A DNA stretch of 64,000 bases from Dehalococcoidia bacterium (GCA_016930935.1 JAFGFT010000019.1:5664-69663); one strand, 5' to 3'. Counted from the stretch's first letter, positions 1 to 9,857 are shown. Numbers and translations: made by a program. The notes: a model not told the origin generated them from the letters alone.

Positions 1-50
1 CCACCAACAAGCAATCCGATAAGCAGGTAGGCGCCACGGTTACTTTTCAT
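1..50 (-). CDS. 5' end of a gene running off the window (MKSNRGAYLLIGLLVG...), probably a membrane or secreted protein
   Basis: ATG at 50 on the minus strand, open to the window edge; basic then hydrophobic N-terminus; divergent from the S8 gene. Confidence 0.4.
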   Translation of the reverse strand, partial: MKSNRGAYLLIGLLVG

Positions 51-266
51 AATACCGCCGCTGTTCGATTCTACGCCGCGCCTTGGGGGTTTTCAACAGA
101 ATATCGACTGAACATCCGCCTACTTATGTCATCCCGTACCAAGTTCGCGTACCCCTCTGGACTTTCCGGTCTATTCATGCGCGGTTCTCCGCCCTACCCT
201 TCTTAATCATATTTAAGAGCACGAATCTCCCCCTGCATTCAACCTACCTGGAGGTATCAGCAACCA

Positions 267-3200
267 ATGAGACACTTTGCCCGTCTTCTCACCGCAGTAC
301 TCTGTTCACTTCTATTCCTCGCACCGGGCGCGCCGTTGACGCAGACGGCCCACGCCAGCGACGGCAGAGGAGCTGAGCTTCTTGAAAACCGACTCGTTGT
401 TCAGTTCGATGACGGCACAGATAGCCGTGAAATGGCCGCCGCGCACAAGCGCGCCGGCGTCACCGTCGTAGCCATGGTTCCCGAACTCAACACCTACGTT
501 GTAGAGCTATCCGGAGGCTCGAAATGGCTTTCTTCCGCACTCTACAAGCTGGACAGCCATGTCGCGGGGGTGGAAGACGACCCCATCGCGTGCACCACTG
601 AGGAGCCGAACGACCTCTACTACAACAACACCCAGGAGTGGGGACTCTTCAACATCGATGCCCAGGGAGCGTGGGAGGTCACCCACAGCAATCCCGACAT
701 CCGCATCGCGGTGCTCGACACCGGCATCCAGAGCACGCACCCCGACCTCGCGGACAAGATAGTCGCCGCAGCCGATTTCACCGGCAGCGGAACTCCTGAA
801 CCGGTCTCAAACACTCACGGCACACACGTTGCCGGCATCGCCGCTGCCTCAACGAACAATGCTATCGGCGTCGCATCAATCGGCTACAACGCGAGCCTGA
901 TGAACGCCAAGGTCATGAACGAAAGCGGCACGGGCTACTACTCCTGGATAGCCGCAGGCGTCATCTGGGCCACAGACAACGGCGCAGATGTCATCAACAT
1001 GAGCCTCGCCGGAACCAGCAATTCTTCGCTGCTGGCGAATGCAATCGACTACGCGTGGGAACACGGAGTAGTCGTAGTAGCCGCTGCCGGCAATGATAGC
1101 AGTACCACCCCGTACTATCCCGCAGCCGACCCCGATTGCATCTCGGTCGCAGCTTCCAACAGAACCAACGTCCTCGAGTCGTGGTCCAACCATGGCTCGT
1201 GGGTAGACGTCTCCGCGCCTTCATCCGCATACTCGACCAGAATCAACTCAAGCTACACCGCGATGCAGGGCACGTCCATGGCCTCGCCTTACGTCGCCGG
1301 TCTCGCCGCCCTGGTGCTCGACGTGGTATCCGACACGAACGGCAACGGCCGCACCAATGACGAAGCCAGGACCGCCATCGAGTCCACGAGTGTCGATTTC
1401 GGCACGGACGTGAAGTACGGCCGCATCGATGCGGCCGCGGCAGTCGCTGCGCCAACCCCACCTTCTGAAGGAGAAGTATCCGGCACAGTGCTGGAGGCAG
1501 CCACCTCGAATCCGCTCGAAGGCGTCTCCGTCACTGACGGCACGCGCTCAACCACCACAGACAGCCAGGGCTTCTACTTCCTCTCCAGCGTCCCTCCCGG
1601 CACGTACACCATCGCCGCAAGTGCGGACAACTACGTCCCGGCGTCGCAGGACATCACCGTTGTTGCCGGGGAGACCGCAACTACAGACTTCTCGCTCGAA
1701 CCCGTGCCTGCGCCCAACCAGGCGCCAGTCCTCGACGCCATCGGCAGCCTTTCAGTAGAAGAGAAGGAGTCGCTGGAATTCTCCGTCACCGCCTCGGACC
1801 CCGACGATGACGCACTGAGCTATTCGATCGACGGTCTGCCGGAGGGCGCGACCTTCGTTGACCCGGTATTCTCATGGACGCCTGCCGTCGGACAGGCGGG
1901 AAGCTACAACGTGACGTTCACCGTTTCCGACGGTGCACTGACGGACGAAGAAACCGTCACCATCAACGTTGAGCAGATACCCCCATACGGGACGGTGACA
2001 GGCACGGTCACGGACATCGTCAGCGGGGAACCCATAGCGGGTGCTCTCGTCTCCAATGGCGAGACATCGGCTATCACAGGCGTGCAGGGCACCTATACGA
2101 TGACGAGCGTCTTCGCAAGCGAATGGACGTTTACCGCCCGGGCCGACCGCCACGTAGACGCCGCAAAGGACGCCACGGTCGTCGCGGGTGACACGACCAC
2201 CGTGGATTTCACCCTCGAGCCGATTCCGAACACCCCTCCTGTCCTGGAGTACATCGGCGACAGGATTGTCGCTGAGGAAGAGATGCTCAGCTTCACTGTG
2301 TCCGGCTCTGACGCCGAGGGTGACAGCCTCTCCTATACGACGTCGGTTCTGCCTGACGGAGCGTGGTTCCAGGACCGGCGCTTCTCCTGGACTCCCTCTC
2401 TTGACCAGAGCGGCATCTACAGCATCACATTCACCGTATCCGACGGCGTTCTCTCCGACTCGGAGACAATCGCCATCGATGTTCTGGACGTGCAGAAATG
2501 CGGTTCCATCGGGGGAACAGTCAGCGACGCCTCGTCGGGTACGCCCATCGCAGGCGCGACGGTATCGGCAGCCGGCACTTCCACTATTACGTCCGCATCG
2601 GGCACGTACACGCTGGCCGATATCTCGCAAGGCGTCTGCTTCGTGGATGTGTCGGCAACCGGCTACGTTTCCTCTTCACGGGACGTGACCGTCACCGCCG
2701 ACAAGGTGTCGTCCGCCGACTTCACTCTCGACCTTCTCCCGAAAAATGCACCGGTCCTCGTCACGATTGGCGACAGGACCGTGGAAGAGACGCAGACACT
2801 GGAAATCACTCTCTCAGGTACGGACGCCGACGGCGACAGCCTGACGTATTTGGCAGGACAACTGCCCAAGGGCGCCAGTTTCGCAGGCCAGGCGTTCTCC
2901 TGGACTCCGGTCGAGGGACAGGCGGGCACCTGGGAGGTCACCTTCACGGTCACCGACGGCACACTCTCCGCGTCAGAAACCGTCACCATCACGGTCACAC
3001 CGGTCCAGCAGACCCCGGACGGCGCAATGTGGACTGAGAGCATCGATTTCTACGCCATCGGCACCCCCACACCCACCATGCTGCGCGTTATCGTGTCCGT
3101 GGTGAATCCCGACCCTCTCAAGGACGCCCTCGTGTTCGTTGACATTGCGGACTCCAGCGGAGCCGTACGTCACCTCTACACAAGGACAGACAGCCTCGGC

Positions 3201-4691
3201 CAGGCGAACTATCTCCTGCGCAACCCCGCCCCCATCACCTATACCGTCACCGTTTCCAGGGTGCTGCACGCCGACTACACATGGTACACATGGTCGGAAG
3301 CACTGGGCGTCACCGAGAAGAGTTTCCTGGTCGGCGAGCCACCGGCGTACGGCCGCGTGCAGGGACAGGTCACGTCGGCCGCCGACGGCCAACCGATAGT
3401 CAATGCAACCGTCACTGACGGAACGCGCACCTCTACTACCGACTCCATGGGAATGTACGCTCTCAACGATGTGCCCGCAGGCGACAACTGCATTGTCAGC
3501 GCCTCAGCGGACGGATACGTGACGAACTCATGTGAGGTCTCAGTCCTGGCCGATAGCACCACCACGCACAACATCACGCTGCAACCGGTGCCAAACACCG
3601 CTCCCTCTCTTAACGCCGTCGGGAGCAAGGCCGTGGACGAGGGCGAGACGCTCCAGTTCTCCGTCTCGGCAACCGACCCGGACAACGACCCTCTGTTCTT
3701 CTCGGCCACAGGGCTTCCGGATGGCGCGGCGTTCGCAGGACAGACCTTCTCATGGACACCGGCTGTCGGCGACGCCGGCATGTACGAAGTAACGTTCGAG
3801 GTCAGCGACGGAGAACTCTCCGATGCCGAAACCATCCATATCACCGTCAACGCAGTGCCGCAGTTTGGCACCGTGTGGGGGACCATCAGCGACATCAACA
3901 CGGGAGCGCCTGTTGAGGGTGCAAACGTGTGCGTTGGGAGCGTGTCAGACACGACGGGTGCGAATGGCGACTACGAGTTGCGCGGCATTCCCGCCGGAGC
4001 GTGGTCCGTCAGCACAAGCGCTGACGGCTACTACGAGGTTTCGCGCACCATCACGGTCGCCGGGAACGACCGCATCAGCGTGGACCTGCACCTGGAACCC
4101 CTGCCCAACGACCCACCGGTGCTTGAACTCATCGGCGACAAAGACGTGGTCGAAGAAGAGGCGCTGGAGTTCACTGTTTCCGCCTTCGATGCGAATGACG
4201 ACGCACTCTCCTACGATGCTGAAGGCCTGCCACAGGGAGCCTCATTCGAAGGGCAGACGTTCTCATGGACGCCCAACGCGGGCCAGGCAGGCAGTTACGA
4301 CGTGACGTTCACCGTTTCAGACGGCGAGGATTGTGACACGAAGACAATCACCATCACCGTGAACGAGGCGCAGGAAGCACCTGCTGATGGCATGTGGGTT
4401 GAGTCCATCAACTTCTACGCGCTGGGCGACCCCACGTCGATGCTGCGCATCGTCGTCTCGGTGGCAACTCCGGAACCACTGGCAGATGCCCTCGTTTTCA
4501 TCGACATCACCACTCCTTCCGGCAAGACGAGCCACCTCTACACCAGGACGGACAGCCTCGGCCAGGCCAACTACCTGCTGCGAAGCCCCGCCCGGGGCGA
4601 GTATCGGGCCACGGTGACACGAATCATGTGCGGTGACTACACGTGGGACACCACGCGAGGCACTGTTTCACAGAACTTCACTCTGCCATAG
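267..4691 (+). CDS. Secreted S8 (subtilisin/thermitase-like) serine protease with five carboxypeptidase-regulatory-like + Ig-like modules and two copies of a ~100-aa domain
   Basis: Signal peptide; catalytic triad motifs AVLDTG, HGTHVAG, GTSMASP; repeated G.V.G.V.D..SG.PI.GA.V and N.PVL..IG...V.E...L.F.VS..D.D.D.L.Y....LP.GA.F....FSWTP modules; GGAGG RBS. Confidence 0.92.
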   Translation: MRHFARLLTAVLCSLLFLAPGAPLTQTAHASDGRGAELLENRLVVQFDDGTDSREMAAAHKRAGVTVVAMVPELNTYVVELSGGSKWLSSALYKLDSHVAGVEDDPIACTTEEPNDLYYNNTQEWGLFNIDAQGAWEVTHSNPDIRIAVLDTGIQSTHPDLADKIVAAADFTGSGTPEPVSNTHGTHVAGIAAASTNNAIGVASIGYNASLMNAKVMNESGTGYYSWIAAGVIWATDNGADVINMSLAGTSNSSLLANAIDYAWEHGVVVVAAAGNDSSTTPYYPAADPDCISVAASNRTNVLESWSNHGSWVDVSAPSSAYSTRINSSYTAMQGTSMASPYVAGLAALVLDVVSDTNGNGRTNDEARTAIESTSVDFGTDVKYGRIDAAAAVAAPTPPSEGEVSGTVLEAATSNPLEGVSVTDGTRSTTTDSQGFYFLSSVPPGTYTIAASADNYVPASQDITVVAGETATTDFSLEPVPAPNQAPVLDAIGSLSVEEKESLEFSVTASDPDDDALSYSIDGLPEGATFVDPVFSWTPAVGQAGSYNVTFTVSDGALTDEETVTINVEQIPPYGTVTGTVTDIVSGEPIAGALVSNGETSAITGVQGTYTMTSVFASEWTFTARADRHVDAAKDATVVAGDTTTVDFTLEPIPNTPPVLEYIGDRIVAEEEMLSFTVSGSDAEGDSLSYTTSVLPDGAWFQDRRFSWTPSLDQSGIYSITFTVSDGVLSDSETIAIDVLDVQKCGSIGGTVSDASSGTPIAGATVSAAGTSTITSASGTYTLADISQGVCFVDVSATGYVSSSRDVTVTADKVSSADFTLDLLPKNAPVLVTIGDRTVEETQTLEITLSGTDADGDSLTYLAGQLPKGASFAGQAFSWTPVEGQAGTWEVTFTVTDGTLSASETVTITVTPVQQTPDGAMWTESIDFYAIGTPTPTMLRVIVSVVNPDPLKDALVFVDIADSSGAVRHLYTRTDSLGQANYLLRNPAPITYTVTVSRVLHADYTWYTWSEALGVTEKSFLVGEPPAYGRVQGQVTSAADGQPIVNATVTDGTRTSTTDSMGMYALNDVPAGDNCIVSASADGYVTNSCEVSVLADSTTTHNITLQPVPNTAPSLNAVGSKAVDEGETLQFSVSATDPDNDPLFFSATGLPDGAAFAGQTFSWTPAVGDAGMYEVTFEVSDGELSDAETIHITVNAVPQFGTVWGTISDINTGAPVEGANVCVGSVSDTTGANGDYELRGIPAGAWSVSTSADGYYEVSRTITVAGNDRISVDLHLEPLPNDPPVLELIGDKDVVEEEALEFTVSAFDANDDALSYDAEGLPQGASFEGQTFSWTPNAGQAGSYDVTFTVSDGEDCDTKTITITVNEAQEAPADGMWVESINFYALGDPTSMLRIVVSVATPEPLADALVFIDITTPSGKTSHLYTRTDSLGQANYLLRSPARGEYRATVTRIMCGDYTWDTTRGTVSQNFTLP
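3018..4688 (+). repeat. Two intragenic copies (approx 3018-3332 and 4386-4688) of an unassigned domain
   Basis: Both read DG(A)MW.ESI.FYA.G.PT..MLR..VSV..P.PL.DALVF.DI...HLYTRTDSLGQANYLLR.P; DNA near-identical in the core. Confidence 0.85.
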
Positions 4692-4715
4692 CAGCAGAAC
4701 GAGTACATACACTGA

Positions 4716-4740
4716 GAGCGGGGCCATAGTGGCCCCGCTC
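4716..4740. terminator. Hairpin between convergent S8 and SipW-class genes
   Basis: GAGCGGGGCCA-TAG-TGGCCCCGCTC perfect inverted repeat. Confidence 0.7.
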
Positions 4741-4766
4741 CCGGGTCTCACGCAAAAGTCCCGTTT

Positions 4767-5960
4767 CTACGGATCGAGTGCTATGAAGACCGTCTGGTAG
4801 CTAGTACCATCCTGGCAGATGACCGCCGCGAGTTGTCCGGCCCCTGGCACGAACGTCGCACCGTTCGCCTCCGCGTCATCGATGATGCCCTGTGCCGTGG
4901 CATCAATATTGGTAACAATGCCACCCCACAGGAAGTACCAGAACGCAACCTGCTGGGGCGAACCGGCAAGAACTTGTCCGTATGGCGCTATATTCACAGT
5001 CTTGCCGGACGGATAGTCCAGTGCCATGTACGCGGGTTGGTTCAAGACCCAGTTGATTTTGTTCCAGGCGGCAATGGTATTGAATGGAGCCTCAAGTGAA
5101 GACAGCAACGTGATGTCAACACTCAGCACCACGGAGTCCTCCGCCTCGCAGCACCACGCGTCCATTGGCTGTGGCTCCAACAGTATTAGGTCGGGCACCA
5201 CGCCCTGACTTGGATCCGTCTCGCTGAACGTCGCCAGGAAGGACCCACCCGGGCCGTTCCAGTTACTGTCCAGATCCAGGTGCACCTTGTAGTCAGGCAG
5301 GTCCATGACCTTCTGAACGTCGGGTTCGCACAGGTTCCACTGGATGGCTTCGAGCTCCAACCTGACGCTACCGGTCACACCGCGGAGCGACATGTCCTGC
5401 GGAATTTCGGCGTAGACGTTCACCTCGAACGTCTCGCACTCGTGGAGCTGGTACTCATCGTCAACGACGAACCTGGTGGCACCTCCGCCGTGGGTGATGG
5501 AACCGTCAGGCCAGACTATCTCCCACCACACGTACGGAATCAGTGCGTCCGGCACGACGACGAAGTCCGTCACACTCACGTGCGCCGGAACACCGTAGTA
5601 GTGCACCAACAGGTCAGCCTTGAACAGCGGTCCGGGGAAGATGTTGTCGAACATCATGAACGCAGTGTCTTCCTCGACGTCGTATTCATCGACGTACGCC
5701 GAGGCGACGTAGAGATAGTTCAGGTCAATCATCTCCTTTTCGCTGAACTTCTCGGTTCCCTCAACCAAGTCACCGTTGCTCAGGTTCTTGTACACGTAGG
5801 TCGCGGAGGTGTCCTCAATGACGAGGTTCACCTCGCCCATCTCTACGATGCCCTGTACGACAAGGTCGTCCGTCCACGAGGCGAAAGCCGCGCCGCAGAG
5901 TCCCACGGCCAGAACCGCAGCCATGGTCATGAGACCGAGTCTACCGAGTTTGCTTCTCAT
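4767..5960 (-). CDS. SipW-class signal peptide (TasA/CalY-like) protein with C-terminal putative thioester domain (TED)
   Basis: N-terminal GAAFA/SWTDDLVVQGIVEMGEVNL; core ends AIQWN; C-terminal AWCCE...WNKINWVLN...QQVAFWYF...SYQTVF motifs. Confidence 0.75.
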   Translation of the reverse strand: MRSKLGRLGLMTMAAVLAVGLCGAAFASWTDDLVVQGIVEMGEVNLVIEDTSATYVYKNLSNGDLVEGTEKFSEKEMIDLNYLYVASAYVDEYDVEEDTAFMMFDNIFPGPLFKADLLVHYYGVPAHVSVTDFVVVPDALIPYVWWEIVWPDGSITHGGGATRFVVDDEYQLHECETFEVNVYAEIPQDMSLRGVTGSVRLELEAIQWNLCEPDVQKVMDLPDYKVHLDLDSNWNGPGGSFLATFSETDPSQGVVPDLILLEPQPMDAWCCEAEDSVVLSVDITLLSSLEAPFNTIAAWNKINWVLNQPAYMALDYPSGKTVNIAPYGQVLAGSPQQVAFWYFLWGGIVTNIDATAQGIIDDAEANGATFVPGAGQLAAVICQDGTSYQTVFIALDP

Positions 5961-5987
5961 GCCATTCCTCCTTTTGCGCTACTTCGC

Positions 5988-6716
5988 CTAGTCAATGAGC
6001 GGATACTCGTTCCACTGGACCATGTTGATGGTGGTGGTGAAGCCGCCGGTCTTGTTCATGAGCGTGTTGTCCTGCGGGACATGAATCCACCACTCGATCA
6101 TGACCCTGTCACAGTACTCGAGCTGGAGTCCTTCCAGGTCGACCATGACCCATCCTGGTGTGGTACCTGCAGCGTCTTCCCACTTGTAGGCGACCATGTA
6201 GAACTCGGGCGCCGAAGTCATGTTCCAAAGAGCCGCAAGCCACTCACTTTCGTCACCGAACTCCATTGTCGGACTCAGCTTCGCCGGCACGCTGCCGATG
6301 TAGTGCAGCACGATGTCGGCTTTGAACCAGACGCACGGGAAGAGGTTGTTGAACTTCACCTCGAACGACTGGCCTTTGCCCTGGATGCAGTTTCCCTCAT
6401 CAAGCATGCCCGGAAGTTGCCCCGTCCAATCAGCGGAGGCGACAGGCAGCAGGATGTCTGCAGACACGTCGAGTTCCTCCGGCGAGACCAAGACGTCGCC
6501 GGGTTCATACGTTTCGTCATCAAACTCGTACTGCTGGAGCACCTTGTACACCCAGGTCTCAGAGAACCCGCAGATCTCGTAGCCGAGACTACCGGTGGTC
6601 ACCTCACCCTCGATGCTGACCTGGTCGGTCCACGACGCGAAGGCCGCGCCCATGGTGCCGACTGCAAACACAAGGGCCAACATCAGCATGCCGACCTTAC
6701 TTACTCTGCTTCTCAT
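5988..6716 (-). CDS. SipW-class signal peptide (TasA/CalY-like) protein
   Basis: Start re-assigned to MRSRVSK (GGAGG RBS); GAAFA/SWTDQVSIEGEVTTGSL; NLFPCVW; C-terminal VQWNE. Confidence 0.8.
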   Translation of the reverse strand: MRSRVSKVGMLMLALVFAVGTMGAAFASWTDQVSIEGEVTTGSLGYEICGFSETWVYKVLQQYEFDDETYEPGDVLVSPEELDVSADILLPVASADWTGQLPGMLDEGNCIQGKGQSFEVKFNNLFPCVWFKADIVLHYIGSVPAKLSPTMEFGDESEWLAALWNMTSAPEFYMVAYKWEDAAGTTPGWVMVDLEGLQLEYCDRVMIEWWIHVPQDNTLMNKTGGFTTTINMVQWNEYPLID

Positions 6717-6768
6717 TTCATTTCCTCCATGTAGTGATGCCGTCTGCGGCCGCTTTTGCGACCGCCGG

Positions 6769-6864
6769 CAGGACCACCCGCACCGACCGCGCCCCACGCC
6801 GGGCACATGAACCCTCCGGGCGCGCACGGGCCTCCATTGTTGTCCACTATCCTGCCGGGCATCA
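6769..6864 (-). ncRNA. Candidate structured RNA motif A, copy 1
   Basis: UGAU-GCCCG-GCAGGA...GCCCGG...GGUCG-nnn-CGGGU-GGUCC, shared with three other leaders. Confidence 0.45.
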
Positions 6865-6903
6865 TGTCAGTCACTTCCCTTGGATTCCTTGCGTTCCGTG
6901 AAC

Positions 6904-7752
6904 CTATTCAGCCCACTGTTCGGCATCGATGGTGATAAGGAACTCACAATCAGCGTTCTGTGGCATCACCATCAGACCGTTCGGCCCCTCAATGTCCTGC
7001 TCAAAGTGCCAGTTGAGCTGAAGCCACAGGGTGTGGCACGGCTCAAGCTGGAAGGGCTTACCTCCCTCCCATCCGGAGAGGAAATACTCCAGTCCTGCTG
7101 CACCTTGCATGCCTGTGTAGGTGGGTCCATTCGTCACACCGCTACAGGTAGTTGCATCGTGGACACACCACCACCAATCGTGCAGTTCAAGCCACTGCAA
7201 GACGGAGCAGTCTGTGGCACCCACCGGTTCAAAGTCCACGTCAACGATGTGCAGCGGAATCGAGCCGTTGTTGGCAATGCAGATGACCACGCCACTGGCG
7301 TACCACGGATAGGCATTGTGTATCTCCTCACGAATGGCACCGTAGAACGGAGCAGCATCCCCGAGCAGGTGCACGTCCTTGTTGAAGCGCAAGCTATCGG
7401 TGACGTTGTAGCTGTTCGTCGAGGCGACGTTCTTGAATTCCTCGTTGGTAGCGGATCCAAACTGTGGGTCAGGACTGCCGTTGGTCCACGGATCGGTGGG
7501 CGGGTTTCCGGGATAGAGCATACCCCCCTCTTCCGGCAGATAGTTTGGCCCCCAGTCAAGGTCCACCATGTAGTTGAGGTCCTGCAAGCCGGTCGCGGTC
7601 ACGTCACAAATGCCGACCTGGAAATCAGCGGTTGTCACAACGCCATTGACCACCAGTTGGTCAGTCCAGGACGCGAACCCTGCGCCCATAACGCCAACCA
7701 CAAGGACAAGCGCCACCATCAATACACTGACCCTTCCCAATCTGTGTTTCAT
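6904..7752 (-). CDS. SipW-class signal peptide (TasA/CalY-like) protein
   Basis: GAGFA/SWTDQLVVNGVVTTADF; NAYPWY; NNGSIP; QLEPC; C-terminal AEQWAE. Confidence 0.8.
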   Translation of the reverse strand: MKHRLGRVSVLMVALVLVVGVMGAGFASWTDQLVVNGVVTTADFQVGICDVTATGLQDLNYMVDLDWGPNYLPEEGGMLYPGNPPTDPWTNGSPDPQFGSATNEEFKNVASTNSYNVTDSLRFNKDVHLLGDAAPFYGAIREEIHNAYPWYASGVVICIANNGSIPLHIVDVDFEPVGATDCSVLQWLELHDWWWCVHDATTCSGVTNGPTYTGMQGAAGLEYFLSGWEGGKPFQLEPCHTLWLQLNWHFEQDIEGPNGLMVMPQNADCEFLITIDAEQWAE

Positions 7753-7784
7753 CTTCTATCTTCCTCCAAATCTCGTACCCGTTG

Positions 7785-7880
7785 CAGGCACCGCCCGTCT
7801 CGACCGTGCAGCGGGGTGCAGGCCCGCGCCTCCACCTCTGCTGCCTCCGGGCACATTGTCTTCTGTCCTGCCGGGTATCA
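7785..7880 (-). ncRNA. Candidate structured RNA motif A, copy 2
   Basis: UGAU-ACCCG-GCAGGAC...GCCCGG...GGUCGAGA-CGGGC-GGU. Confidence 0.45.
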
Positions 7881-7894
7881 CCTCAGTTCTTCCC

Positions 7895-8638
7895 CTATGG
7901 CAGGGGCGGGGCTCCGGTCCACTCGTTCCACTGGATGGCGTTGATGTCAACGCCCCACTGGGCACTCAGGTTCTGGAGGGCGTTGTCCTGCGGGATGTTC
8001 ATGATTACCTCAAGCAGCAGGTAGTCACAGTAGTGCATCTGCCAGCCGTTGTAGAGGTTGATCCTGCCAGGCCCCCAATCTGAATCTATGGACGCGTCAG
8101 GCTCGAACACACCCGTTTCAGGGTCGTAGTCACCTATCGTGGCGGTGTCGAAGATGGCCCGCGGAGTCACGGTTGAGTAGTCCCAGCCCATGATGTCAGT
8201 CAACGCTAAGTCGCCTGTCTTGAAGGTCTCATAGGCCCAGACCTCCGCCGGGATAGAGCCGTTGTAGTGCAGCAGGACATCTGCAACAAAACTCTCATAC
8301 GGGAAGATGTTGGTTGCCACACCCACTACGTCGGCGACCTCATCAGTTCCCGCCTCACGCATGTAGAATGACGCAATCTCTATGCCGCCCGCAGGCGCGC
8401 CGGGGAACTCGTCCATCCAGCCGTGCCAGTCGACCGTCTCATTGTTATCACCGCCCGGCACCTTCCAGACATACGTTCCCGAGTACCTGACTACTTCAAG
8501 GTCCAGGGTGCCCGTATCGACCTCTCCGGTAATCTGGACCTCGTCCGTCCAGGACGCGAACCCCGCGCCCATGACGCCCACCACAAGGACAAGCGCCACC
8601 GTCAGCAGCCCAATCTTTCCCAGTCTATGTTGTTTCAT
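7895..8638 (-). CDS. SipW-class signal peptide (TasA/CalY-like) protein
   Basis: GAGFA/SWTDEVQITGEVDTGTLDL; NIFP; HYNGSIPA; C-terminal AIQWNE; GGAGGAGG RBS. Confidence 0.82.
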   Translation of the reverse strand: MKQHRLGKIGLLTVALVLVVGVMGAGFASWTDEVQITGEVDTGTLDLEVVRYSGTYVWKVPGGDNNETVDWHGWMDEFPGAPAGGIEIASFYMREAGTDEVADVVGVATNIFPYESFVADVLLHYNGSIPAEVWAYETFKTGDLALTDIMGWDYSTVTPRAIFDTATIGDYDPETGVFEPDASIDSDWGPGRINLYNGWQMHYCDYLLLEVIMNIPQDNALQNLSAQWGVDINAIQWNEWTGAPPLP

Positions 8639-8732
8639 CTCTAATCCTCCTCCAATATCTATCTCTTGCCCGTTGCAGGGACTACGGCATCTCCGCCCGA
8701 CTCACCGGGAGAAGTCACCTCGCTCCCGCACA

Positions 8733-8815
8733 CAGGACCGCCCGTCTCGACCGCGCCCCACCTCTCTCCGGCGGGCACGCCCGGGCAACGGTTCCCCTGC
8801 CCTGTGCGGGCTTCA
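8733..8815 (-). ncRNA. Candidate structured RNA motif A, copy 3
   Basis: UGAA-GCCCG-CACAGGGC...GCCCGG...GGUCGAGA-CGGGC-GGUCCUG. Confidence 0.45.
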
Positions 8816-8966
8816 TCAAGTCACTCCACCTCGTCCCCATATTCGCAGGTGTGCCTTACCGGGCTTGCGCCCGACCGCCCGGGACCGACCGGCCCCAACG
8901 AACCCCCCTGGCCCCCGGACGACTCGGCAGTTGTATTCATATGGTTCTTCAACATCCTCTGTTGCA

Positions 8967-9857
8967 CTACGAAACTTCACACCAGAGACTGGCAATGACC
9001 TCAAGTTCGAGGGAGATGTTCGCGCCTTCCGGCATCGGCGTGCCCCCGGAGACATCCACGAAGTAGACGGCGACGCCAAGCTCAAGCGCCTCTCCCGGCT
9101 CCAGTTGTACCGGCCCGCTGTTGAGCCACGTGGCGAGGAACTCCTCGAGGGCAGGCCCGGTCTTGAAGGCATAGTCATCGCCCCAGCTATCCGCCACACT
9201 GCCTTCACTCCACAGAACCGCATCCCAGTGGTCCACCAGCGCGAATGGAAGGGCACCGGAAGGGTCGAGGACGTTCAGGACGTCCATGCCCTCAACGTTG
9301 ATTGGCAGCGTGCCTCCATTGCCGAACACGAGCGTCGTGCCCGTCAGGTACCATGGATACACGTTGTTGAATTCCTCCCGCACGCGGCCATAGAAGGGCA
9401 TGAAGCTCATGTCCTTCACATCTTCAAGGTCGAACAACCACGGCTCCAGGTTGGTGCTGTGGGTGGACGCAAGATTGGGGATGGTGACAATAGCGGGTTC
9501 AACCTTCGGCAGCAGGGCCGGCAGTATCACCGCCGCGCCGGCAGGAATGAAATAGCGCGCCACGGCGCTCCGAGCCACCATCTGGACACGGTTGTCTATC
9601 GTTCCGTCAAAGGGGGAATTCACAGGGAAGGCGGCCCCACCCGGCTCCAGGTAATTGGGACCGGGGTCCCAGGAAGCGTAGTCGTAGATGCCGTACTCCA
9701 CGTTTCCTGTCGTGACGACCGCGTCCACCACAACGTCGTCAGCCCAGTATGCGAAGGCCATGCCCATCGCCGATAGCGCGACAACCGAGGTCATCACCAC
9801 TATCCCGACAAATGCAGTCCTGCGCCTCCTCACGGCCTTCCCCACTCCTTCACGCAT
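8967..9857 (-). CDS. Divergent SipW-class signal peptide protein, first gene after the riboswitch
   Basis: GMAFA/YWADDVVVDAVVTTGNV; NVYPWY; GNGGTLP; QLEPGE; start uncertain (ATG 9857 or GTG 9833). Confidence 0.75.
   Translation of the reverse strand: MREGVGKAVRRRRTAFVGIVVMTSVVALSAMGMAFAYWADDVVVDAVVTTGNVEYGIYDYASWDPGPNYLEPGGAAFPVNSPFDGTIDNRVQMVARSAVARYFIPAGAAVILPALLPKVEPAIVTIPNLASTHSTNLEPWLFDLEDVKDMSFMPFYGRVREEFNNVYPWYLTGTTLVFGNGGTLPINVEGMDVLNVLDPSGALPFALVDHWDAVLWSEGSVADSWGDDYAFKTGPALEEFLATWLNSGPVQLEPGEALELGVAVYFVDVSGGTPMPEGANISLELEVIASLWCEVS

Noticed and set aside
6769-8822. Motif A as a hammerhead ribozyme (CUGA/UGAUGA-like 5' ends)
   Set aside because: The required GAAA after stem II and a complete CUGANGA core are not present
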